From Bacteroidaceae bacterium (lineage in GTDB: Bacteria; Bacteroidota; Bacteroidia; Bacteroidales; Bacteroidaceae), in the NCBI GenBank assembly GCA_017529865.1, contig JAFXNA010000018.1:105138-169137 (forward strand): a stretch of 64,000 nucleotides of DNA, in the 5' to 3' direction. The position numbers and the translations under genes were made by a program. Shown here in pieces: positions 19,892-28,487 of the stretch (position 1 is its first letter; every line of letters begins with the position of its first letter). The notes under the pieces were generated by a model. The model saw nothing but the letters and a program-made list of their open reading frames with translations. It did no database searches and was not told where the DNA came from.

Positions 19892-21274
19892 TTAATAATC
19901 GCTTGCGCCACACTGACTTAGGCGTAAGACAAATTCGTCCTTATCGACCATCTGTTGTTCACCCGTGGTCATGTTTTTAATAGTGACCTTTCCTTCCTGC
20001 ATCTCCGTCTCGCCGATGATGGCAACGAAAGGAATCTCCTTAGCATTGGCATAACTCATCTGCTTCTTCATCTTGGTGGAATCAGGATAGATTTCTGTAC
20101 GAATGCCAGCCTTACGGAGGTCGGCAATGATGGGCAGACTATATTGTGCTTCCTTTTCACCGAAGTTGACGAAGAGCACTTGAGTAGCATTAACTGCCTC
20201 ACGGGGATAGAGATTGAGTTGGTTGAGTACATCAAAAATGCGGTCAGCACCAAACGAAATGCCTACACCTGAAAGACCTGGCATACCAAAGATTCCTGTG
20301 AGGTTGTCGTAACGTCCGCCACCTGTGATGCTGCCAATCTGCACATCGAGTGCCTTCACTTCGAAGATGGCTCCTGTGTAATAATTCAGTCCACGAGCCA
20401 AAGTAAGGTCGAATTCAAGTGAAGAGTGAAGCGTGGAGAGTGAAGCGAGCGTATTCAAGATAAACTCTATCTCTTCGATTCCTTTGAGTCCGATTTCACT
20501 ATCTTTGAGCACTTCACGCATTGTCTGCAACTTCTCTGCGTTCGTCCCTTGAAGATTGATAATCGGCTGTAATTTCTCGATGGAATGGGCAGGAATTCCA
20601 GCTTCAGCCAATTCTGCGTTAACGTTGTCGATACCGATTTTGTCCAATTTATCGATGGCCACCGTAATGTCGACTATCTTATCTGCCTCACCTATTATTT
20701 CTGCGATGCCAGACAGAATCTTACGATTGTTGATTTTGATACATACCCTTACACCAAATTTTGTAAACACGGTATCGATAATCTGCATGAGTTCAACTTC
20801 GTTTAGCAAGGAATTTGACCCCACGACATCGGCATCACACTGGTAAAACTCTCTATAACGGCCTTTCTGAGGACGGTCAGCACGCCATACGGGCTGTATC
20901 TGATAACGCTTGAATGGCAAAGCCAATTCCTCACGATGCATCACCACATAGCGTGCAAAAGGAACGGTGAGGTCATAGCGCAGACCTTTCTCGCAGAATT
21001 TACTTGCCAGTTTTGCAGCATTGCGACTCAAGAGTTCTCCATCAGTCAAACCCTTGAAATAATCACCCGAATTCTGTATCTTAAACAGCAGTTTATCACC
21101 TTCCTCGCCGTACTTACCCATCAACGTAGATAGGTTTTCCATTGCAGGCGTTTCGATTTGCTGGAATCCATAGAGGGCATATACCTCTTTAATGGTATTG
21201 AATATATAGTTGCGTTTCGCCATCTCAACAGGAGAGAAGTCGCGAGTGCCTTTTGGAATACTTACGTTAGCCAT
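19892..21274 (-). CDS. hisS: histidine--tRNA ligase
   Basis: [54 protein letters not shown]. Confidence 0.96.
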   Translation of the reverse strand: MANVSIPKGTRDFSPVEMAKRNYIFNTIKEVYALYGFQQIETPAMENLSTLMGKYGEEGDKLLFKIQNSGDYFKGLTDGELLSRNAAKLASKFCEKGLRYDLTVPFARYVVMHREELALPFKRYQIQPVWRADRPQKGRYREFYQCDADVVGSNSLLNEVELMQIIDTVFTKFGVRVCIKINNRKILSGIAEIIGEADKIVDITVAIDKLDKIGIDNVNAELAEAGIPAHSIEKLQPIINLQGTNAEKLQTMREVLKDSEIGLKGIEEIEFILNTLASLSTLHSSLEFDLTLARGLNYYTGAIFEVKALDVQIGSITGGGRYDNLTGIFGMPGLSGVGISFGADRIFDVLNQLNLYPREAVNATQVLFVNFGEKEAQYSLPIIADLRKAGIRTEIYPDSTKMKKQMSYANAKEIPFVAIIGETEMQEGKVTIKNMTTGEQQMVDKDEFVLRLSQCGASDY

Positions 21275-21275
21275 T

Positions 21276-21317
21276 GTTTATAGTTTACGGTTTACAGTTT
21301 ACGGTTTACAGTTTTTT
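21276..21317 (-). repeat. period-7 array (GTTTACR x6 on plus; TAA x5 in minus-strand sense) filling the spacer upstream of hisS
   Basis: The plus strand has tta at 21278, 21285, 21292, 21299 and 21306. Confidence 0.85.
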
Positions 21318-21325
21318 CCCGTTTG

Positions 21326-22612
21326 TTATTTCTTCTGATGTTTGTACTGGAAGAGGAAGAAGAAGAGGATGGCTACGACCAAAGCATATCCTGCAAAGAT
21401 ATACCAGCAGGTGGTCCAATCGCCCAACGTGTAGAACTCTCCGTTCACAACCTCACCATGTGTATAATGGTTCACGATTTGACCTGCAAGCAACATACCT
21501 ATAGAAGCTCCGAAGCCATTGGTCATCATCATAAACAAGCCCTGTGCACTGCTACGGATATTGAGGTCGGTCTCCTGGTCAACAAACAACGAACCGCTGA
21601 TATTGAAGAAGTCAAAGGCAATACCATAGACAATCATAGAAAGGATGAACAGCCATACACCTTGACCTGGGTCGCCTATTGCAAAGAAACCAAAGCGGAG
21701 TACCCATGCAAGCATAGACATGAGCATCACAACCTTGATACCAAAACGCTTCAGGAAGAATGGAATCAGCAAGATACACAGCGTTTCAGAAATCTGCGAC
21801 AGAGAAATGAGTGTATTGGCATGTTGCACTCCGAAGGTATTGGCGAAAGCCTCCTCGGCACCAAACGATGCGATAAATGGATTGGCATAGCCGTTTGTGA
21901 TTTGCAAAGCAGAACCTAATAACATCGAGAAGATAAAAAAGATAGCCATCTTCTTTTGCTTGAACAGTGCGAAAGCACGCAGACCCAAAGCGTCGACCAG
22001 CGATTTCTTCTCTCCTCCCTTGTTCGTTGGACATGCAGGCATTGTCAGGGCATAGAAAGCCATGATGATGCTTAATCCTCCAGAAACAGCAAATTGCCAT
22101 GGTTTATCCTGCAATCCTGTCCAGTCAACACATAGCATGGAAATGATGAAGCCAATCGTTCCCCATACACGGATGGGAGGGAAAGCCTTCACAGTATCTT
22201 CTCCGACACCTTCCAATGCCGCGTATGCCACACTATTGGTCAAAGCAATGGTCGGCATGTAGAATGCAACACTAAGTGTATAAAGAGAAAATAGAATACT
22301 GAAATTTGCATTTGCCCCTGCACTGTTTCCGTAGAAGGCTACTGCGCACATCGCAATACCTGCTATGAACTGGCACAAAGAAAGTGTTTTCTGAGCTTGA
22401 ATCCAGCGGTCGGCCACTATTCCCATCAATGCGGGCATAAACAGTGATACAAAGCCCTGTACACTATAGAAATAAGAAATATGTTCTCCCAATCCAGCAG
22501 TAATGAGATAACGAGACATACAAGTCAGATAAGCTCCCCATATTGCAAACTCCAGGAAATTAAGAATAGTAAGGCGGAATTTCAAGCCGCCAGAATTCGT
22601 TGCTGATGCCAT
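21326..22612 (-). CDS. MFS transporter, nucleoside:H+ symporter (NupG-like) family
   Basis: 428 aa with about 12 TM segments and an N-terminus LKFRLTILNFLEFAIWGAYLT typical of nucleoside permeases. Confidence 0.75.
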   Translation of the reverse strand: MASATNSGGLKFRLTILNFLEFAIWGAYLTCMSRYLITAGLGEHISYFYSVQGFVSLFMPALMGIVADRWIQAQKTLSLCQFIAGIAMCAVAFYGNSAGANANFSILFSLYTLSVAFYMPTIALTNSVAYAALEGVGEDTVKAFPPIRVWGTIGFIISMLCVDWTGLQDKPWQFAVSGGLSIIMAFYALTMPACPTNKGGEKKSLVDALGLRAFALFKQKKMAIFFIFSMLLGSALQITNGYANPFIASFGAEEAFANTFGVQHANTLISLSQISETLCILLIPFFLKRFGIKVVMLMSMLAWVLRFGFFAIGDPGQGVWLFILSMIVYGIAFDFFNISGSLFVDQETDLNIRSSAQGLFMMMTNGFGASIGMLLAGQIVNHYTHGEVVNGEFYTLGDWTTCWYIFAGYALVVAILFFFLFQYKHQKK

Positions 22613-22672
22613 ATTTGTTTTGTTTTTTGTTTATCTATTAAGCTACTAAGCTATTAAGCCAATTTTCGAGCG

Positions 22673-22680
22673 CAAAGTTA
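22673..22680 (-). promoter_or_regulatory. -7 box TAacTTTG for the nucleoside permease gene
   Basis: The plus strand reads caaagtta, about 60 nt upstream of the ATG at 22612. The leader carries GCTTAATAGCTTAGTAGCTTAATAG. Confidence 0.45.
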
Positions 22681-22686
22681 CAAAAA

Positions 22687-22718
22687 TAATTTATAATTCA
22701 TAATTCATAATTCATAAT
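22687..22718. repeat. heptamer array (TCATAAT)n in a divergent promoter region
   Basis: TAA at 22687, 22694, 22701, 22708 and 22715 on the plus strand. The complementary units attatga give TGA at 7-nt spacing on the minus strand. Confidence 0.85.
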
Positions 22719-22807
22719 ATTTATAAACTTTGAGGTGTTTTGAAGAAAAAAATGCACATATCAACACCTTATCTTCGTTTTTTATGTCGAAAATCAGATT
22801 TATTTCG

Positions 22808-22815
22808 TACATTTG
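22808..22815 (+). promoter_or_regulatory. -7 box TAcaTTTG
   Basis: Consensus match just upstream of the 7TMR-HD gene. It argues against the ORF-track start at 22813. Confidence 0.45.
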
Positions 22816-22836
22816 CATGGAAAAATGACATTCGGC

Positions 22837-24906
22837 ATGAAATTTAGGCAGAATAGGAAAGCACGTACGAAATTGCAACAGCAGAAGGATCACGCAATGA
22901 ATCTCCTGTTGTTGAAGATTGCCATCGTAGCAATAGCAACCATGATTGTTGTGTATTGCCTACCTCGATTAGGCGAGTTCAACTATTCTTACGAATTAGG
23001 TCAGCCTTGGCATTATGGTACGATGATTTCTACTCAGAAGTTCAATATTCAGATGAGTGATTCGACCATGAGCATGAAACGTGATAGTCTGGCACGTTCG
23101 TTCATGCCATATTTCACGCGGAACATGCAATTAGAATCGAACGTGAAGGAACGACTAAGACGTTTAGATGCTGACGAACAACTGAAGAAGCATGTCGTGT
23201 CGATGCTTGACAGCGTCTACAAGAAAGGCGTAATGCTTGGCACCACCTACGACAGTTTACAAAACCTGGGAACGAGCTACATCCGCATTATTCAAGGTAA
23301 CGAAGCGAAAATAGTGCCATTTGATCGGGTTTTGTCATTGCACGAAGCCTACCAATTTATCGTATCCCACAACAAAGCAGGGTTCACGAATCGTGATATC
23401 CGAGCACTCAATATCAACACCCTGTTAGCAGAAAACCTGAGCTATGACTCGATGAAATCGGAAGAAGAGCTGCAAGCTGCTTACGAAACGATGAACTCAA
23501 GTCTTGGATTTGTGAGAGTCAACGAGAAGATTGTGGATAGAGGAGATGTGGTGACTCCAGAGATTTACCTCAAACTGAAATCATACGAGGCCGTCATTAA
23601 TCATCGTGCCGAAGAAACCGGACGCTCAGGCATCTTGTTATGGGGACAAATCGGAATGGTGCTTTCGGTATTCTTGTTGCTCATGGGCTATCTGTCGGTA
23701 TTCCGTAAGGATTATATTGAAAAGCCACGTAGTGCCATCCTTTCGTTCTCTATTGTAGTGTTCTTCTGTGTGATGGCTTATATCTTGGTATCACGTCATC
23801 TCTTTCACGTATTCGTGATTCCATGCTGCATGGTACCCATTATCGTACGTGTACTTATGGATTCGCGTACCGCCTTCATCTTCCATGTAGGAACCGTATT
23901 ATTGATTTCTTTATCACTGAATGGGCCGTACGAGTTTATCCTCTTCCAATTAATCACCGGCATTGTTGTCATTCTCAGTTTACGAGAGTTGACCCAACGT
24001 TCACAGATTGTCCAAACCGCCATTCTGGCTACAATTACCTATACACTGGCATATACGGCCTACGAATTCTCTATCGGCGCAGAACTCAGTGATTTGGACC
24101 GCAGAATCTACCTGTATTTCGGTGTAAACGGTTTATTGCTCCTATTTACCTACCCATTCCTTTGGGTGATGGAGAAGACATTCGGGTTTATAAGCGATGT
24201 AACATTAGTTGAACTGTCGAACATTAACCATCCATTGTTACAGAAAATGTCGGAAGAGGCTCCAGGTACCTTCCAACACTCCATGCAAGTAGCAAATCTG
24301 GCTTCGGAGGTAGCGAAACGTATCGGTGCAAAATCCCAATTAGTTCGTACAGGAGCCTTGTATCATGATATAGGAAAGATGGAACGCCCTGTTTTCTTTA
24401 CAGAGAACCAGGCAGGAGGCAATCCTCACAAACATCTCAGTTCCATCAAGAGTGCAGAAGTCATCGTATCACATGTGACTTCTGGGCTGGCATTAGCCGA
24501 TAAATACAATCTTCCAGAACAAATCAAGGGATTCATACAAACCCATCACGGATTGGGGAAAACTAAATACTTTTTGGTTACTTATAAGAATGAACATCCG
24601 AACGAAGAGATAGATGAAAGCTTATTCCAATATCCCGGACCTAATCCAAGAACGAAGGAAGAGGCTATCCTGATGATGGCCGACTCGGTAGAGGCTGCCT
24701 CTCGCAGTCTCACAGAATATACCGAAGAGACAATCAGTGAACGTGTCGACTCCATTGTGGATACTCAAGTAAGTGAGGGCTACTTCAAGTACTGTCCTAT
24801 CACCTTTAAAGATATTGAAGACGCAAAAGAAGTGATGAAAGAAAGGTTGAAAATCATGTATCACACTCGAATTTCATACCCAGAATTAAATAAAAACGTA
24901 TCGTAA
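22837..24906 (+). CDS. 7TM-receptor / HD(HDIG)-domain membrane phosphohydrolase (PgpH-like)
   Basis: An extracellular N-domain, seven TM helices and a C-terminal HD domain (HSMQVANLA..ALYHDIGK..THHG). The start is chosen at MKFRQNRK; 22825 and 22897 are alternatives. Confidence 0.8.
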   Translation: MKFRQNRKARTKLQQQKDHAMNLLLLKIAIVAIATMIVVYCLPRLGEFNYSYELGQPWHYGTMISTQKFNIQMSDSTMSMKRDSLARSFMPYFTRNMQLESNVKERLRRLDADEQLKKHVVSMLDSVYKKGVMLGTTYDSLQNLGTSYIRIIQGNEAKIVPFDRVLSLHEAYQFIVSHNKAGFTNRDIRALNINTLLAENLSYDSMKSEEELQAAYETMNSSLGFVRVNEKIVDRGDVVTPEIYLKLKSYEAVINHRAEETGRSGILLWGQIGMVLSVFLLLMGYLSVFRKDYIEKPRSAILSFSIVVFFCVMAYILVSRHLFHVFVIPCCMVPIIVRVLMDSRTAFIFHVGTVLLISLSLNGPYEFILFQLITGIVVILSLRELTQRSQIVQTAILATITYTLAYTAYEFSIGAELSDLDRRIYLYFGVNGLLLLFTYPFLWVMEKTFGFISDVTLVELSNINHPLLQKMSEEAPGTFQHSMQVANLASEVAKRIGAKSQLVRTGALYHDIGKMERPVFFTENQAGGNPHKHLSSIKSAEVIVSHVTSGLALADKYNLPEQIKGFIQTHHGLGKTKYFLVTYKNEHPNEEIDESLFQYPGPNPRTKEEAILMMADSVEAASRSLTEYTEETISERVDSIVDTQVSEGYFKYCPITFKDIEDAKEVMKERLKIMYHTRISYPELNKNVS

Positions 24907-24944
24907 GGCAATAAAAACGGCAAAATTGAGTTAATAGTGTTATA

Positions 24945-25892
24945 ATGGGCAAAAAGTTCATATACGTCATAGCAGTGCTGTCAGCATTCGTGCAGAGGGT
25001 ACATGCTCAGTGGGATGTGCAGTTTACCGACTTCACAACCCTCCGTGCATATTATAACCCTGCTGTTTCAGGTACTGATGGTTTGCTTGATGTCTCAATT
25101 GCCTATTCGATGCAGTTGTTAGGGTATGACGGAGCACCAAAAACGATGTATGCAGGAGCGAATATGCCTATCTATTTCTTCGGTCCGCGTCATGGTGCAG
25201 GACTCAGTCTGTATAGCGATGAAATCGGTATTTTTAAGACTTCTAAACTTGGAGCCCAATACGCGTTCAACATGAAGTTAGGGAAAAAAGGCAGAATAGC
25301 CATAGGTTTGCAGGGAGCGATGATGAACGAGACGATTGATCCTGGTAATATCATTCTGTCAGACGGTAGCGGAAGCGACCCAGCTTTCCCTTCTTCCAAA
25401 ACGGAAGGAAGCGCCTTGGATATGGCAGCTGGTTTGTATTATTACAGTCCCAAATTATGGGTAGGACTATCGGCCATCCATCTTACTGCTCCAACGGTCG
25501 ATATGGGTGATAAATATCAAATTGGCATCTCGCGAACATATTATTTTATGTCTGGAGGCAATATTAAGCTAAAAAATACGTTATTATCTTTACAACCTGC
25601 TGTTATGGTGCAGACTGACTTTCAGTCTTGGCGTGAAGATATCCAGTGCAAGGCACTTTATGAATACGACTCACGAACCTTCTTTGCAGGTGTTGGATAC
25701 AGTCCTGGCATATCTGTGACGGCGATGATCGGTGGAAATTTCCACGGTGTCCAATTAGGATATTCCTATCAGATGTATACACAGGGCGTCGGAGCAGATC
25801 ATGGAAGTCATGAGATTGTGTTTAACTATAAAACCAATCTCGATTTGTTCAAAAAAGGAAAGAATATGCACAAAAGTGCCCGATTCTTGTAA
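24945..25892 (+). CDS. porP: T9SS membrane protein PorP/SprF family
   Basis: Signal peptide, then QWDVQFTDF...YYNPAVSG and a beta-barrel-like C-terminus. First gene of a porPKLMN arrangement. Confidence 0.85.
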   Translation: MGKKFIYVIAVLSAFVQRVHAQWDVQFTDFTTLRAYYNPAVSGTDGLLDVSIAYSMQLLGYDGAPKTMYAGANMPIYFFGPRHGAGLSLYSDEIGIFKTSKLGAQYAFNMKLGKKGRIAIGLQGAMMNETIDPGNIILSDGSGSDPAFPSSKTEGSALDMAAGLYYYSPKLWVGLSAIHLTAPTVDMGDKYQIGISRTYYFMSGGNIKLKNTLLSLQPAVMVQTDFQSWREDIQCKALYEYDSRTFFAGVGYSPGISVTAMIGGNFHGVQLGYSYQMYTQGVGADHGSHEIVFNYKTNLDLFKKGKNMHKSARFL

Positions 25893-25939
25893 AAAAAATG
25901 AAATAAATAAAATTTGAGTAATATAAAAACAGAGGATAT

Positions 25940-27364
25940 ATGAAAAAAGGATTATTTGCAGTAGGCATTCTGGCACTGTCAGTCATCATCGTTTCATGTA
26001 TGAGTTCAAGAGGCTCAGCAGATGCAGCTGGTGGTGAGGTGACAGGTGTTGGTGGTTCAGCCATATCTGAACCTGCCCCATACGGCATGGTGCTTATCAA
26101 ACGTGGTTCATTAAAGATGGGTACGGATAATACCGACAGTTTGTGGGGAAAGAAGATGCCTGAGCGAGAGATTTCTTTAGACGCCTTCTGGATGGACGAA
26201 ACAGAAGTGACCAACGCCAAGTATCGTCAGTTTGTTCTTTGGGTTCGCGATTCTATTCTTCGCGAACGATTGGCCGATGCCGGTTATGAAGAATACCGAA
26301 TCGAGGAAGATAAGAACGGTGACCCTGTTCCGCCACACCTCAACTGGGCGAAAGCACTTCCATGGCGCAATCCAGACGAAGACGAGGAGCGCGTGCTCGA
26401 GAGTGTGTACACTTATCATCCATTCGATGGTACCAAGATGTTGGATGCCAGCCAAATGAACTATCGTTATGAGACGTTCGACTATGCTTTGGCCGCTCAA
26501 CGTAAATATCGATTGAATCCAGAAGAGCGTAATCTCAATACGGATGTTGAGGTTGACCCAGATGAGATTGTTATGATTTCAAAAGATACGGCGTATATCG
26601 ATGATGAAGGCCGTATCGTTCGTCAGACAATCACACGTCCGCTGTCAAGTATGTGGGATTTCGTCAATACCTATATCATCAACATCTATCCAGACACCAC
26701 ATGTTGGGTCAACGACTTCCAGAATGCTGAAAATGAGTTTTATATGCGTCTTTATTTCAGCCATCCAAATTACAACGAATATCCTGTTGTGGGTGTCAAC
26801 TGGGAGCAGGCAAATGCTTTCTGTAACTGGCGCACCGACTTCCTGATGAAAGGATTGGGCGGAAATGCAAAGTTCGTTCAGCGATATCGTCTCCCAACTG
26901 AGGCAGAATGGGAATTTGCTGCTCGTGGTAAGGACGGTAAAGAATTACCTTGGGAGAACGAAGATGTGAAGAGCGACAATGGTTGCTATTATGCGAACTT
27001 TAAGCCCGACAGAGGTAACTACACGATGGATGGTAACATTATCACCTCGAAGGTAGGCATCTATTCTGCCAATTCAAACGGATTATATGATATGGCAGGT
27101 AATGTTGCAGAGTGGACCTCAACAGTTTATACTGAGGCTGGTGTGCTTTCGATGAGCGACCTTAACCCTACCCTCAAATATAATGCTGCTCGGGAAGACC
27201 CCTACGCACTGAAAAAGAAATCGGTACGTGGTGGCTCTTGGAAAGACCCAGAGAGCTTTATCAAGTCGGCTTGGCGTACGTCAGAGTATCAGAATGTGGG
27301 ACGTTCGTTCGTCGGATTCCGTTGCGTACGTACACAAGTGGGCACATCATCTAAAAAGAAATAA
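25940..27364 (+). CDS. porK: T9SS lipoprotein PorK/GldK (FGE-sulfatase/SUMF1 fold)
   Basis: Lipobox IIVSC; FWMDETEVTN..YR.F; YPVVGVNWEQA.AFC.WR; RLPTEAEWEFAARG; VRGGSW. Confidence 0.9.
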   Translation: MKKGLFAVGILALSVIIVSCMSSRGSADAAGGEVTGVGGSAISEPAPYGMVLIKRGSLKMGTDNTDSLWGKKMPEREISLDAFWMDETEVTNAKYRQFVLWVRDSILRERLADAGYEEYRIEEDKNGDPVPPHLNWAKALPWRNPDEDEERVLESVYTYHPFDGTKMLDASQMNYRYETFDYALAAQRKYRLNPEERNLNTDVEVDPDEIVMISKDTAYIDDEGRIVRQTITRPLSSMWDFVNTYIINIYPDTTCWVNDFQNAENEFYMRLYFSHPNYNEYPVVGVNWEQANAFCNWRTDFLMKGLGGNAKFVQRYRLPTEAEWEFAARGKDGKELPWENEDVKSDNGCYYANFKPDRGNYTMDGNIITSKVGIYSANSNGLYDMAGNVAEWTSTVYTEAGVLSMSDLNPTLKYNAAREDPYALKKKSVRGGSWKDPESFIKSAWRTSEYQNVGRSFVGFRCVRTQVGTSSKKK

Positions 27365-27403
27365 GGTGAAAACGAATCATCAATCATAAAAACAGACAGG
27401 AAA

Positions 27404-28417
27404 ATGGCAAAAAATAATATCATAGTAAAATTACAACGTTGGATGGACAGCAAAGCCGGTCAGATGTTTCTGAACTATGCTTATAGCTGGGGTGCATCTA
27501 TCGTAATCCTCGGAGCGCTGTTTAAAATCACACACATCGACGGTGCCGACTTTATGCTCTTCCTTGGTATGGGAACTGAGGTTATCGTGTTCTTCCTCGC
27601 AGGATTTGAACGTCCTTACGACGTAGACAACAAGAAAGAAGGAACTGCCAACACAGAATTGGCAGGTGGAGAACCTGCTACTATCGGTGGTGGCGGCGGA
27701 ACCTTTATCGTAGGAGGCGGTATACCTGGTGCTACTGGTGGTAGTGGAGAATCCGTCATTGTAGAAGGTGGAGAAAGTGGAGAAGCTGCTGCAATAAGTG
27801 GTAGCGGAGTATCAGGTGGCGGAAGCGGAGTGCCTGGTGGCGGAACCATCATCATTGGTGGAGGTGGTGGCGGAAGCGGAGTGCCTGGTGGCGGAACCAT
27901 CATCATTGGTGGAGGTGGTGGCGGAAGCGGAGTGCCTGGTGGCGGAAGCGGTCAGCCAGTGGGAGCACCTGTTGTTGCACCAATTGCTGCAAGTGGAGAG
28001 AATGCACAACCAACCGAAAATGCTCAATCCATCGATCCTGCCCAACTTGCAGGAGCTATTGCTGCTTCGCCAATCGTGGCTTCTCCTCAATTTACTGGTA
28101 TGTGTCCAGAGATGCAAGAGGCAACCCAGACGTATGTTGATCAGTTGAATGAATTGACAGATATCTTGAAGAAGGTTGCTGAGCAATCTGCACGCCTTAC
28201 CCGTGACTCTGAAGAGATGGAGAATATGAACCGCACGCTTACTGGTATCAATCGCTTCTACGAGATGCAGTTGCGTAGCGTGAGTGCCCAGAGTGCTTCG
28301 GTTGATGAAGTCAATGAGCAGACCAAACGTCTGGCAAGCCAGCTTGAGGAACTCAATCAGGTATATGCCCGTATGGTTGAAGCCTTGAAAGTGAATATGA
28401 CGGTCAAGGGAGATTAA
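27404..28417 (+). CDS. porL: T9SS motor protein PorL/GldL, with a Gly-rich repetitive linker
   Basis: Two N-terminal TM helices (GASIVILGALFKITH, LGMGTEVIVFFLAGFE) and a C-terminal coiled-coil region. Sits between porK and porM. Confidence 0.88.
   Translation: MAKNNIIVKLQRWMDSKAGQMFLNYAYSWGASIVILGALFKITHIDGADFMLFLGMGTEVIVFFLAGFERPYDVDNKKEGTANTELAGGEPATIGGGGGTFIVGGGIPGATGGSGESVIVEGGESGEAAAISGSGVSGGGSGVPGGGTIIIGGGGGGSGVPGGGTIIIGGGGGGSGVPGGGSGQPVGAPVVAPIAASGENAQPTENAQSIDPAQLAGAIAASPIVASPQFTGMCPEMQEATQTYVDQLNELTDILKKVAEQSARLTRDSEEMENMNRTLTGINRFYEMQLRSVSAQSASVDEVNEQTKRLASQLEELNQVYARMVEALKVNMTVKGD
27815..27946 (+). repeat. perfect 51-bp tandem repeat, 2 full units plus 30 nt, in frame inside porL
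   Basis: The unit ggtggcggaagcggagtgcctggtggcggaaccatcatcattggtggaggt encodes GGGSGVPGGGTIIIGGG. Units are at 27815-27865 and 27866-27916, with a partial unit at 27917-27946. Confidence 0.9.
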
Positions 28418-28424
28418 AGCAGAA

Positions 28425-28453
28425 CCTCCCCCGCCCCCTCCCAAGGAGGGGAG
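28425..28453 (+). repeat. GC-rich two-C-box/one-G-box hairpin in the porL-porM spacer
   Basis: cctccccc-g-ccccctcc-caa-ggaggggag, directly after the porL stop. Confidence 0.7.
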
Positions 28454-28487
28454 AATTCCGAATTATGCATTTAATAATGAATAAAAA

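Noticed and set aside
21323-21919. 198-aa plus-strand ORF
   Set aside because: It is antisense to the 12-TM nucleoside permease gene, with no independent support.
27815-27946. Possible CRISPR-like or assembly-artefact repeat
   Set aside because: The units are directly adjacent with no spacers and lie in frame inside porL, and no cas genes are present. It is kept as a coding tandem repeat, although assembly collapse or expansion still needs read-level checking.
27616-28444. Minus-strand ORFs of 96 aa (Pro-rich) and 210 aa, and the plus-strand 116-aa ORF 27798-28148
   Set aside because: They are reading-frame shadows of the Gly-codon tandem repeat and coiled-coil region of porL. Their repeat structure mirrors the 51-bp unit, and porL itself is supported by conserved TM and C-terminal blocks.
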